From the NCBI GenBank assembly GCA_965227515.1, contig CBDDFZ010000002.1, positions 640,001-704,000 on the forward strand: 64,000 bases of DNA. Direction: 5' to 3'. Shown here piece by piece: positions 1 to 9,055 of the stretch. The number at the start of each line of letters is the position of its first letter. Position 1 is the first letter of the stretch. The notes under the pieces were generated by a model that saw only the letters and a program-made list of their open reading frames with translations, did not search any database and was not told the DNA's origin. The DNA comes from Alphaproteobacteria bacterium. Its GTDB lineage: Bacteria > Pseudomonadota > Alphaproteobacteria > CALKHQ01. The translations under genes and the position numbers were made by a program.

Positions 1-265
1 AAGCCGGCAGGCTGATGTAGGGCACCGCGGCGTCGTACCACAGGTCCGGATAGATGTAGGGCGCGATGTAGCGGTCGGTGATCGCCTCGAGCAGGTTGAG
101 ACTGGAAACGTGTGCGTCGGCCCAGATGCGCGCCGCCGGCCACGTGATGTCGTAGCCAAGCACCAGGATGGCCACGAAGGCGACCACCGCCAGCACGGAC
201 AGCAGCACGAACAGGTAGGCGATGATGCGCACTATCCAGACGATGACGTCGAGAACGATGCCCAT
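1..265 (-). CDS. Hypothetical membrane protein (3' end runs off the window)
   Basis: Manual translation from the ATG at 265 gives MGIVLDVIVWIVRIIAYLFVLLSVLAVVAFVAILVLGYDITWPAARIWADAH..., a long hydrophobic N-terminus with host-like codon usage and no stop before position 1. Confidence 0.65.
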   Translation of the reverse strand, partial: MGIVLDVIVWIVRIIAYLFVLLSVLAVVAFVAILVLGYDITWPAARIWADAHVSSLNLLEAITDRYIAPYIYPDLWYDAAVPYISLPA

Positions 266-365
266 GGCGTCATTCCATCCCTTTACGGAGCGGTGCGGCG
301 GGGACCCGCCGACGCGGCCTTAACCATAACATGGCCTGGACATTATTAGCATGCCGGGCCGGCAA

Positions 366-680
366 TCAGCCAAAGCCGTCGTCCTGGCCCAGCGACTGGA
401 GCCACAGCACAGCCTCGTGAATCACGTCCTGCACGGCGGTCAGGCCCAAATCCTCCATCCACGCGTTCCACACGTCGGCCGCCTGGAACAGCCACATCGA
501 CACCGGGTCCATCCACAGCGGCAGGTCGAACATGAAGGTGCGCAGCGGCTCTGACCCGAAGATCATGGCGACGATACTGCCGATGGCGACCAGGACCATC
601 GCCGAGCGAAGATTGGTTTCGGGCAGGTGCGCGTAGTCAATCTGCGCGCCGGGTTGCTGCCTGGTTACGTGATTGGCCAT
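366..680 (-). CDS. Small membrane protein, last gene of the O-acetylation operon
   Basis: ATG at 680 lies 10 nt after the MBOAT stop. The product MANHVTRQ...SAMVLVAIGSIVAMIFGSEPL...WLFQAADVWNAWMEDLGL has one TM segment plus amphipathic Trp-rich helices. Confidence 0.7.
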   Translation of the reverse strand: MANHVTRQQPGAQIDYAHLPETNLRSAMVLVAIGSIVAMIFGSEPLRTFMFDLPLWMDPVSMWLFQAADVWNAWMEDLGLTAVQDVIHEAVLWLQSLGQDDGFG

Positions 681-690
681 CGCATGCCAC

Positions 691-2103
691 TCAAAACTGG
701 AAATAGATGAACGGGGCCACGCCGTCCGGCCCCATGGCGCCGATGGCGACCACGCCCAGGCCGGCAATCAGCCCCTGCACCACCACCGGCATGCGGCTGA
801 GGCCGCGACTCACCGCCTCAGGCGCGTCGTGGCGGATGAACTGAATGCCCAGCCCCAGCACCACCAGCCCGATCACGAACGGCGTCGCCAGCCACATCGG
901 CTCGCTGCCGGTGACCATGAACTCCAGGTACTCCCACGCATAGCCGATGCTCTCCGCACGGAAGAAGATGAAGGCCAGCACCACGAAGTGGAAGGCGTAG
1001 ACCCAGCCGGCCAACCGCCATGCGAAGGCGCGGCGGGCCAGTTGCCGGCCGCGTGTCAGCGCGTTCTCCACCGCCAGCGCCAGCCCGTGCATCAGGCCCC
1101 AGACCACGAACGTCCACGCCGCCCCGTGCCAGATGCCGCCCAGCAGCATGGTCAGCAGCAGGTTGCGGCGGGTCTTCCAGGGCCCGTGCCGGTTGCCGCC
1201 CAGCGGGATGTAAAGGTAGTCGCGCAGCCAACTCGACAGCGAGATGTGCCAGCGCCGCCAGAACTCGCGGATGCTGCTGGCGCGATAGGGCTGGTCGAAG
1301 TTCTTGTCGAACCTGTAGCCCAGCATCGCCGCGATGCCGATGGCGATGTCGCTGTAGCCGCTGAAGTCGCAATAGATCTGCACCGCGTAGCCGTAGGCGC
1401 CGATCAGCAGGTCCAGGGTGCCGAACATCGTTGGGTCGAAGAACACATGGTCGACCAGCTCGGTCGCCAGGTAGTTGGCGATGATCATCTTCTTGAACAG
1501 GCCGATCAGCACCAGCACCACGCCCCACGACATCAGGATCGCGCTCGGGTCCGGCTTGGCGGTGATCTGCGGGATCAACGTGCTGGCGCGCACGATGGGG
1601 CCGGCGACGAGCTGGGGAAAGAACGAGATGTAGAGGAACACGTCCAGCGCCGACGAACTGGCGCGGATGTCGCGACGGTAGATGTCGACGATGTAGGAGA
1701 TGCCCTGGAAGGTGAAGAACGAGATGCCCACCGGCAGGATCACCGCCATGTAGGGCAGCTCGCGCTCCAGCCCCAGGCTAAAGAACAGGTCGTTCAACGA
1801 CTCGATGAAGAAATCGAAGTACTTGAAGAAGCCGAGCGCGCCCAGGTTGACCACGATGGCGGCGGCGAGCGTCCATTTGCGGACGGCGGCGGACTGGCTG
1901 CGGTCGATGATCAGCCCGGCGAGGTAGTTGAGCAGCGACGAGCCGGCCAGCAGGAAGCAGAACCGCCAGTCCCACGCCGCATAGAAGATGTAGCTGGCGG
2001 CAACCAGCACCACCTTGCGCCAGGCAAGCTGCGCCTTCAGCGCCCAACTGGCAAAGAACACGATCACGAAGAAGATCGCGAACTCGATCGTCGGGAACAG
2101 CAC
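691..2103 (-). CDS. MBOAT family O-acyltransferase (AlgI/PatA/DltB type)
   Basis: Motifs LPVGISFFTFQGISY, FFPQLVAGPIVR, DFSGYSDIAIG, FWRRWHISLSSWLRDYLYIPLGG and GIWHGA (catalytic His); C-terminal FIYFQF. Confidence 0.95.
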   Translation of the reverse strand: MLFPTIEFAIFFVIVFFASWALKAQLAWRKVVLVAASYIFYAAWDWRFCFLLAGSSLLNYLAGLIIDRSQSAAVRKWTLAAAIVVNLGALGFFKYFDFFIESLNDLFFSLGLERELPYMAVILPVGISFFTFQGISYIVDIYRRDIRASSSALDVFLYISFFPQLVAGPIVRASTLIPQITAKPDPSAILMSWGVVLVLIGLFKKMIIANYLATELVDHVFFDPTMFGTLDLLIGAYGYAVQIYCDFSGYSDIAIGIAAMLGYRFDKNFDQPYRASSIREFWRRWHISLSSWLRDYLYIPLGGNRHGPWKTRRNLLLTMLLGGIWHGAAWTFVVWGLMHGLALAVENALTRGRQLARRAFAWRLAGWVYAFHFVVLAFIFFRAESIGYAWEYLEFMVTGSEPMWLATPFVIGLVVLGLGIQFIRHDAPEAVSRGLSRMPVVVQGLIAGLGVVAIGAMGPDGVAPFIYFQF

Positions 2104-2244
2104 GGTCGCGGGCCTTCAGGCGAGCGGGCAGATGGCGGTCAGGCCGCCGCGGCCGAGCGGATGGCGCGCATTGGTGCGCACCGCCCTGTCACCCAGCCTG
2201 CCGCCCCCCGACATTGGATCACCCATCCCCCCATCGCGCCCGAA

Positions 2245-3759
2245 TCAAGGGGGCGCAATCCATTCGAAATCGGGCGTGCCGCCGATGCCGCCCGGGTTGG
2301 ACGGCGCGTTCGCCGGCACCGAGGATGCGGCACCCGGGGCGGGTTGCACCGATTGTGGCGCGACTGCGGGCTGCGTCGGGGCAGGGGTGACGGTCTGTGC
2401 CGACGTCGGGTTCTGGTAAGACTGGGTGCCGCCGCCCGAGGTCAGCGCGCGATACAGCATTTCCGCGCTGCGCTCATAGCCGGCGCGGGTCAGGTGCACA
2501 TGGTCGGTGCGGGCCAGCGGCGGGTCCATGACCGCCCATTCGTGCACGCTGCACGGGCCGCCCATCGCGGTCGACCAGTCCCAGAAATAATAGCCCATCT
2601 GGGTTGCCACCTGGCGCTGCACCTGGCGCACCATCGCCAGGCTGGGCGGCTGGTGCCAGCGGCACTGTTCCGGCTGCACGTTGTCGCCGCGGAACAGCTC
2701 GCGGTAGTACAGCGCTTCGTCGGCGCTCAGCGGGCGGCAGGCGAACTCGATGCTCTCGATATCGTCGCGCCGGCACGAGCTCGGCAGGCGCGCCGCGTCG
2801 GGCGAGCCGACCACCACGATGGCGGCCCCCGGGGCCGAGGCCTGGATGGTGCGCAACTGATTGGCGAAGGCGGCGGCATAGGCGTCGGGCGACAGGCTGT
2901 CGTCGAAGCCCTCGTTGGTGCCGAACGCCACGATCACCAGGTCGGGGTCCTTGGCCCGCAGCTCGGCGGTATAGGCGCTCAGATCCCAGCGATTGAATAT
3001 CTCGATGGTGGCGCCGACGATGCCGTAGCTCTCGAAGATCACGCCCGGCGCCTTGCGGCTGACCGACCACGAGGTCAGCCAGACCTCGCCGTCGCCTTCC
3101 GGCCGCAGCACGAGCTGGCGGCTGCCCTGGCGCACGTCGAGCTGGAACGTCTCGTGGTTGATGCCGTTGCCCCGGGTCGACCAGGTGCCGACCTTCTGGT
3201 TGTCGACCCAGATGCCGATGGAGCCGCCACTGGCGTGCATGAATGCGCCGATCTCGATGTGATCAAAGCCCTGTGCCTCGGTGCTCTGCAGGATCATCGT
3301 GTCCTGGCTGTCGCTGGAGAACACCCGCGCGCCGCTCAACGAATAGGGGCCGGCGGCATCGGAATGCCGGCTGTTGGCGATGCTCCAGCCCTCGGTCTGG
3401 GCCAGGTTCACCAGGTCGGGCTCGAAAGTGGCGTAGGGCAGGCCGGCCACCATCGCGCCGGGGCCGGCGCTGCCGTAGGCGCCCTGGAACAAGGCGCGCA
3501 GCCGGCCGGTGAACCGGTCACCGGCGGTGTGGCTGTCGCCGATCTGAATGATGCGGACGTGTTGCTGTTGGCCATTACGCAGCGCCTGCAGCGCGCGGGA
3601 CAGCGGCGCCAGGTTGGCGGCCGTGGGCAGCGGCGCGGTCGAGGCCGTGGTCTGGTACGGAATCTGGCCGGGCTGGGCGCTGCTGCCGCTGCGCGCGCCG
3701 CCGCAGCCGGCCATTGCCGCGACCATCACCACCAGGGAAAGTCGGCTGATCCAGGTCAT
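2245..3759 (-). CDS. SGNH/GDSL hydrolase lipoprotein (Ape1-like O-acetylesterase)
   Basis: Lipobox AMAGC; SGNH blocks IGDSHT, FGTNEG and DHVH; Pro/Gln-rich C-terminal tail. A GAGG RBS precedes the ATG at 3759. Confidence 0.85.
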   Translation of the reverse strand: MTWISRLSLVVMVAAMAGCGGARSGSSAQPGQIPYQTTASTAPLPTAANLAPLSRALQALRNGQQQHVRIIQIGDSHTAGDRFTGRLRALFQGAYGSAGPGAMVAGLPYATFEPDLVNLAQTEGWSIANSRHSDAAGPYSLSGARVFSSDSQDTMILQSTEAQGFDHIEIGAFMHASGGSIGIWVDNQKVGTWSTRGNGINHETFQLDVRQGSRQLVLRPEGDGEVWLTSWSVSRKAPGVIFESYGIVGATIEIFNRWDLSAYTAELRAKDPDLVIVAFGTNEGFDDSLSPDAYAAAFANQLRTIQASAPGAAIVVVGSPDAARLPSSCRRDDIESIEFACRPLSADEALYYRELFRGDNVQPEQCRWHQPPSLAMVRQVQRQVATQMGYYFWDWSTAMGGPCSVHEWAVMDPPLARTDHVHLTRAGYERSAEMLYRALTSGGGTQSYQNPTSAQTVTPAPTQPAVAPQSVQPAPGAASSVPANAPSNPGGIGGTPDFEWIAPP

Positions 3760-3766
3760 CGCTGCC

Positions 3767-4573
3767 TCACCCATCGCCGAGCGCCAGATTGAAGAACGAC
3801 AATTTGTCGGCCATCGTCCGCAGCAGCTCGCGCGCCAGCATGCTGTAGCCGCGGGCGGTGAAATGCACCCCGTCGTTGGCGCGCATCAGACGGTTGCGCC
3901 CGCTCTCGTCGACCAGATAGGCGGAATAGCCGCCATCGGGCCCGGTGGTCAGTTCCAACGTCGGCACGAACGTGGCGCCGCCGACGATGGACTGGGCCTC
4001 GTAGATGGTGTTCAGGTGGGCCATGTCGTCGGCCATGCTGGAACTGCGCACCGTCGGCAGGCCGACCCAGAAGGTCGGGATGCCGGCATCGCGCAGCACG
4101 CGCTGGAACTCGGCGACGCGGTCCTCGTAGACGGCGTTCCATTCCGGCGAGCCGAAGCTGAACTGGCGCTTGCCTTCGAAATAGACCGGCTGCGGGTCGT
4201 TCAGGCCGAAGCAGACCACCGCCACGTCGATCTCGCCGCCGGCGATGATCTCCCTGACCCGGGCCTCCCAGTCATAGAAGTCCGGCCGCGACAGCCCGGA
4301 GGAGACCTCGGTCCGGCGCAACACCTCGAACCGGTCGTCGCCTTGCAGCTCCCGGTAGAGGCCGGCCCAGATGCCGTCCGCCAGCGAGTCGCCCATGACG
4401 GCCACCCGGATACGCGCATCGGGCTCGCCGATCGCCACCGGGGCGCCGCCGTCCTGTCCCCAACCCGTTGCGCTGAAATTACATGCCAGAGCGGCGGTCA
4501 CCGCCGCTCGGCCAAGCCACCGGACCGCAAGCCGTCGTGCCGTGCGGTTCCCCTGTCGGTCTGGCACTCTCAT
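3767..4573 (-). CDS. DUF459/SGNH family protein (PatB-like periplasmic O-acetyltransferase)
   Basis: AGGAGG RBS before the ATG at 4573; signal peptide; motifs GDSLADG, SSGLSRPDFYDW, GLND, WVGLP and RANDGVHFT typical of DUF459. Confidence 0.85.
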   Translation of the reverse strand: MRVPDRQGNRTARRLAVRWLGRAAVTAALACNFSATGWGQDGGAPVAIGEPDARIRVAVMGDSLADGIWAGLYRELQGDDRFEVLRRTEVSSGLSRPDFYDWEARVREIIAGGEIDVAVVCFGLNDPQPVYFEGKRQFSFGSPEWNAVYEDRVAEFQRVLRDAGIPTFWVGLPTVRSSSMADDMAHLNTIYEAQSIVGGATFVPTLELTTGPDGGYSAYLVDESGRNRLMRANDGVHFTARGYSMLARELLRTMADKLSFFNLALGDG

Positions 4574-4750
4574 CCTCCTGGTGCGACGAGTCCAACCCTG
4601 CCCCGAGTCCAACTTGTCCGCAGGCATTTGCCGGCATGGGGCCGCAGCCGTCAAGACGGCTGACCGGAATTCTACCGGTCTGTCATGATGGCCCACATGG
4701 GCCGGGTGCCGCTGTCCCTGGACGACGCCCTGCCGGGTCGTGCCGTCCCC

Positions 4751-4791
4751 GGGTCCCTCCGCTGGGTCCCTTCCGCCGGGTTCCTTCCGCT
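4751..4791. repeat. Three-copy 13-14 bp tandem repeat
   Basis: GGGTCCCTCCGCT GGGTCCCTTCCGCC GGGTTCCTTCCGCT. Confidence 0.7.
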
Positions 4792-4962
4792 GGCGCCGCG
4801 CCGCACACGGCCGCTGCGGGTCCGGCATTGCCTGGTCGCTTTGGCCGCCACCTTCGGCGCGCCTGCGGGCCCATGCCGGACAGGTGCATGTGCCACAGAC
4901 CGGGCGCGATGGCAACGCGCACGACGTGCGGCTGGCGCGTTGCCCGCTTGAGACCAAGGCCA

Positions 4963-5018
4963 GGCCAAGCACGCATGGCCAAGCATACATGGCCAAGCAC
5001 ACATGGCCGGGCACACGT
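4963..5018. repeat. Four-copy 14 bp tandem repeat upstream of tRNA-Ser
   Basis: GGCCAAGCACGCAT GGCCAAGCATACAT GGCCAAGCACACAT GGCCGGGCACACGT. Confidence 0.85.
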
Positions 5019-5116
5019 GTGGACGCCGGCCGGCGGCGTTGCTATTTAGGGTTCGTGAACAGGCCCTGGCTAGGTTGCCTGCTCAGACCCTTGGGCGACG
5101 TGCGCACGCCCAATCC

Positions 5117-5206
5117 GGAGGGGTGGCCGAGTGGCTGAAGGCGCACGCTTGGAAAGCGTGTTTACGGGTGACCGTAACGCGGGTTCGAATCCCGCTCCCT
5201 CCGCCA
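5117..5206 (+). tRNA. tRNA-Ser (anticodon GGA)
   Basis: 90 nt from GGAGGGGTGGCCGAGTGG; anticodon arm CACGC-TT-GGA-AA-GCGTG, long variable arm, T-loop GGTTCGAATCC, encoded CCA end. Confidence 0.97.
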
Positions 5207-5723
5207 ACCGCCTTCGCTTCGCTGCGGCGCGATTGGCTTGCCGATCATGACGTCGCATTAGAGAAGCGGATGCCGCGCCGAATTCCGCCAGAACCTCATG
5301 CGCCGCGGCTCAGCGCATCCTCAGCGGTACATTTGGTCACGCCCGCCCAGCGTCTCAGACCATACACATGCCGTACCGCCACTGCCGATGCAGGCTGCCG
5401 CGCAGATGAGATTTGCCCGGGCGGCCATCCGGTTGCGTCCAGGGCACAGCACCACGCCCAACAGGACCTGATTGCCAAGCGTTGCAAGGATGGCGGCGGC
5501 GCATACAATGTTATGACAATTTTAACGCTCATTCGAGCCAATAGCCGGATATCTTGGCATGGCGAGATTACGTTGAACGGCACATCGGCGCTGGCATGAA
5601 AGCCGCGCGGGAACGGCGCCGTCGGCCATGCCGGAGCAAATGTCCGCAATTTGCCTAAAGTTTGATACGATGCGGTTGCTGGGACGTTTGCAGGAACGCG
5701 AAACGGGCAAGGAATCAGGTTAG

Positions 5724-8700
5724 ATGGCGATGGGTTCATCCGGCTTGGCGTGGGACCTCCGCGCCGATGGCATCTTCACGAACAACGACACGCCTTCTTG
5801 GCTGGACGCACCACGCAGCGAGGCGTCGGGGCACGCCGGTGCGCGTGACCGGCACGATGCTGGCGCGTTCAACGCCGCCGACCCGGTTGTCCATGACAGA
5901 GACGGCATTCAGCACGCAGCCGGCGCCGCCATGCCGGATCAGCGCGGCGGCGCGCACGGCAAGCCGGGCGGCATCGACCTGACCGCCGATGACCTTTTCG
6001 GGGACGAAATTGCAGCGCAAGCTGCCACCTCGATCCCGACCGCCCAACCGGCAGGCCCCGGCGCTGACGGCGCGGTCGACCTGACCAAGATCGACCTGAC
6101 GATGCTGGCGCCGACCGACGAGCAGTATTTCGACCTGCAATGGCATCTGGCCTCGCCCGGCGGCTACAACATCAACGTCGTCGACGTGTGGGACGACTAC
6201 ACCGGCGCCGGGGTGAAGGTGGCGGTGCTGGACCAGGGCATCGACGCCAGCCACGTCGACCTGAACGACAATTACGACTTCGCGGCCCAGTATAGTTCGG
6301 TCAACGGCTCAGCCGTCGGCACCCCGCAGACCAGCAACGACAATCACGGCACCGCGGTCGGCGGCGTCATCGGCGCCGAGGTGAATGGCGAGGGTGTGGT
6401 CGGCATCGCCTACGAGGCCGATCTGGTCAGCATCTATTCGCCGCTGAGCGGCACGGTCGGCCAGTTGATGTCGCAGGCCACCAACGCGTTCAACTACTAC
6501 GACAACTACGACATCCTGAACAACAGCTGGGGCTTCGGCAACTACTTCTACTATGGCACCAGCTACGCCTTCGTGGACAACTTCGACGTCTACACGGCGC
6601 CGGGCAATGCCCTGGCCAATGCCATCGCCAACGGGCGCGACGGCCTGGGCGCCATCGTCACCTTCGCCGCCGGCAACACTGGGCTGTACGGCGACGACGT
6701 CAACCTGCACAGCTTCCAGAACAGCCGCTTCACCATCGCCGCCGGCGCCACCCAGGAGAACGGCGAGATCGCGTCGTTCAGCACGCCGGGTGCGGCCGTG
6801 CTGGTGTCGGCGCCGGGCGTCAGCATCGCCACCACCGACCGCAGCGGGTCGGCGGGCTATGTGTCGTCCGACTACGTCTACATCAGCGGCACGTCGTTCT
6901 CATCGCCGGCCACCGCCGGTGTGGTCGCGCTGATGCTGGAGGCCAATCCAGGGCTCGGCTGGCGCGACGTGCAGGAGATCCTGGCCTACTCGTCGCGGGT
7001 CAGCGACGACAGCGACCCGACCTGGCGGACCAACGGCGCGAACGACTGGAATGGCGGCGGGCTGCATGTCAGCGACTTCTTCGGCTACGGCCTGATCGAC
7101 GCGGAGGCCGCCGTTCGGCTGGCCGAAAGCTGGGCCAAGACCAACACTTTGGCCAACGAGGTCAGCCTGTCCGGCACCAGCGCCCCCAGCCTGGCGATCC
7201 CGGACACCGGCCCGAATTCCTCGTCGCCCACCGCGGCGCCGACCGATCGCACGTTCCATGCCGCCAACGCGGTCTCGGACACGATCACGATCACCGAGGA
7301 CATCCGGGTCAACCATGTCGAGGTCGACCTTAACATCAGCCATACCCGCATCGGCGACCTGATGGTGCGGCTGGTCTCGCCGGACGGCACCGAGAGCCTG
7401 CTGCTCAGCCAGGCTGGCAAGGGTTCGCTCGGCGGCTTCGGCTCCACCCAGTCGGGCGTGAATTTCACCTTCACCTCGGTGTTTCACTGGGGCGAAAGCT
7501 CGGTGGGCGACTGGCGGCTGGAAGTGGCCGACCTGAACTCCTATGGCAGCGCCAGCGGCACCCTGGTGGACTGGACGCTGGTGCTCTATGGCGAGCCGGC
7601 CAGCGCCGACCAGACGCTGATCATGACCGATGAGTTCGCGGCGATGCTGGCCGCCGACCCGTCGCGCGGCACCTGGGAGCTGCAGGAGGGTCAGCACACC
7701 CTGAACCTGGCCGCGGTGACCACCGACGTTAGCCTGAACCTGAACCTCGGCGCGGATAACGTGCTGGACACCGCCAATGCCGCGGCGACGACATTCACAT
7801 TCGTTGCCGAGGCCGGCGTGGCGCTTGCCGGGCCTCCAGGCATTGCCAGCGCCAAGGGCGGCAAGGGTTCCGACGTCATCGTCGGCAACGATCTAGACAA
7901 TACGTTCGACGGCGGCAACGGCGCCGACACGATCAGCGGCGGCAACGGCAACGACGTCATCGGCGGCGGCAATGGCGCGGACGTGCTCAACGGCGACGAC
8001 GGCGACGATACGTTGTCCGGTAACAACGGCCCCGACACGTTGAACGGCGGCGACGGCGTCGACACGCTGATCGGCGGCAATGGCGACGATTGGCTGGACG
8101 GCGGTCTGGATGGCGACTGGCTGGCTGGCGGCCTGGGCGACGACACCTATTTTGTCGACGACAGCGGCGACAGCATCACTGAGTTCTTCGGTGAGGGCAG
8201 TGACTCGGTATTCACGACCGTGTCGTTTGCGCTGCGCGATCACAGCCAGTTTCTGGAAAAGCTAACCCTGACCGGCAGCGACGACATCGATGGCACCGGC
8301 AACGGGCGCGTCAACACCATCACCGGCAACGACGGCGACAACATCCTGAACGGTGCCTGGCACAATGACACGCTCATCGGCGGTGCCGGCAATGACACGT
8401 TCCTGGATGATCAGGGCAGCGATCGTTTCATTGGCGGCCTGGGTGACGACGTCTATTTCGTCGACGACGCTGGCGACCGGATCGTGGAGTACGAGGGCGA
8501 AGGGATCGAGCTGGTGAACGCGTCGGTATCGTTTGCGCTGCGCGATCACAGCCAGTTCTTGGAAAAGTTGACCCTGACCGGCAGCGACGACATCGATGGA
8601 ACCGGCAACGGGCGCGTCAACACCATCACCGGCAACGACGGCGACAACATTCTGAACGGTGCCTGGCACAATGACACGCTCATCGGCGGTGCGGGCAATG

Positions 8701-8966
8701 ACACGTTTGAGGACGACGAGGGCGACGATTTCTTTATCGGCGGCACGGGTAGCGACAGGTTCGTCTGGTCGGAAGGCGTTGACACGGTGGTCGACTACTC
8801 GAAGACCGAAGGGGATGTTCTGGTTCTGCAAGGTGCCGGCAACACCTTTGTGTCGACTGCTACCGGCACCGAGGTGCGCGATGCCTTGGACAACCTGATC
8901 ATGGTCCTGGATGGGTATGACCTCGGAACCGACGGCACACCCATCTTCGAGGAGTGGATCGTTTAG
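5724..8966 (+). CDS. Kexin/furin-like S8 serine protease with P-domain and C-terminal RTX Ca-binding repeats
   Basis: Catalytic motifs VAVLDQGID, NHGTAVGG, FAAGN and GTSFSSP; kexin-type LGWRDVQEIL and FGYGLIDA; P-domain HVEVDLNISHTRIGDLMVRLVSPDGT; many GGxGxDxL nonapeptides; no Sec signal. Confidence 0.9.
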   Translation: MAMGSSGLAWDLRADGIFTNNDTPSWLDAPRSEASGHAGARDRHDAGAFNAADPVVHDRDGIQHAAGAAMPDQRGGAHGKPGGIDLTADDLFGDEIAAQAATSIPTAQPAGPGADGAVDLTKIDLTMLAPTDEQYFDLQWHLASPGGYNINVVDVWDDYTGAGVKVAVLDQGIDASHVDLNDNYDFAAQYSSVNGSAVGTPQTSNDNHGTAVGGVIGAEVNGEGVVGIAYEADLVSIYSPLSGTVGQLMSQATNAFNYYDNYDILNNSWGFGNYFYYGTSYAFVDNFDVYTAPGNALANAIANGRDGLGAIVTFAAGNTGLYGDDVNLHSFQNSRFTIAAGATQENGEIASFSTPGAAVLVSAPGVSIATTDRSGSAGYVSSDYVYISGTSFSSPATAGVVALMLEANPGLGWRDVQEILAYSSRVSDDSDPTWRTNGANDWNGGGLHVSDFFGYGLIDAEAAVRLAESWAKTNTLANEVSLSGTSAPSLAIPDTGPNSSSPTAAPTDRTFHAANAVSDTITITEDIRVNHVEVDLNISHTRIGDLMVRLVSPDGTESLLLSQAGKGSLGGFGSTQSGVNFTFTSVFHWGESSVGDWRLEVADLNSYGSASGTLVDWTLVLYGEPASADQTLIMTDEFAAMLAADPSRGTWELQEGQHTLNLAAVTTDVSLNLNLGADNVLDTANAAATTFTFVAEAGVALAGPPGIASAKGGKGSDVIVGNDLDNTFDGGNGADTISGGNGNDVIGGGNGADVLNGDDGDDTLSGNNGPDTLNGGDGVDTLIGGNGDDWLDGGLDGDWLAGGLGDDTYFVDDSGDSITEFFGEGSDSVFTTVSFALRDHSQFLEKLTLTGSDDIDGTGNGRVNTITGNDGDNILNGAWHNDTLIGGAGNDTFLDDQGSDRFIGGLGDDVYFVDDAGDRIVEYEGEGIELVNASVSFALRDHSQFLEKLTLTGSDDIDGTGNGRVNTITGNDGDNILNGAWHNDTLIGGAGNDTFEDDEGDDFFIGGTGSDRFVWSEGVDTVVDYSKTEGDVLVLQGAGNTFVSTATGTEVRDALDNLIMVLDGYDLGTDGTPIFEEWIV
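8127..8738 (+). repeat. Internal tandem duplication of 2 x 306 bp (102 aa) in the RTX region
   Basis: The block FALRDHSQFLEKLTLTGSDDIDGTGNGRVNTITGNDGDNILNGAWHNDTLIGGAGNDTF occurs twice; nucleotide anchors at 8127/8433 and 8223/8529. Confidence 0.9.
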
Positions 8967-9055
8967 GTGTTGATCGCCCCTGGGCAATTTGCCCTTGCGG
9001 TGCACATGAATGGTGGGAGAATACGCATAGAAAACAGAGAGCGTCGGGCGCCTTT

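Noticed and set aside
673-3792. 1039-aa plus-strand ORF
   Set aside because: It is the antisense shadow of the MBOAT and SGNH genes. The Arg/His/Gln-rich translation has no motifs, which is typical of high-GC DNA.
4963-5018. Possible CRISPR or iteron array
   Set aside because: The units are contiguous 14-mers with no spacers, and there is no cas or rep gene nearby.
5003-5739. ORFs overlapping or following the tRNA (5003-5599, 5296-5739)
   Set aside because: They overlap the tRNA or the promoter region and show no coding-like composition or motifs.
9038-9051. Exact 14-mer AGAGCGTCGGGCGC also found at 27098-27111
   Set aside because: A few 14-nt matches are expected by chance in 64 kb of GC-rich sequence, and the flanks are unrelated.
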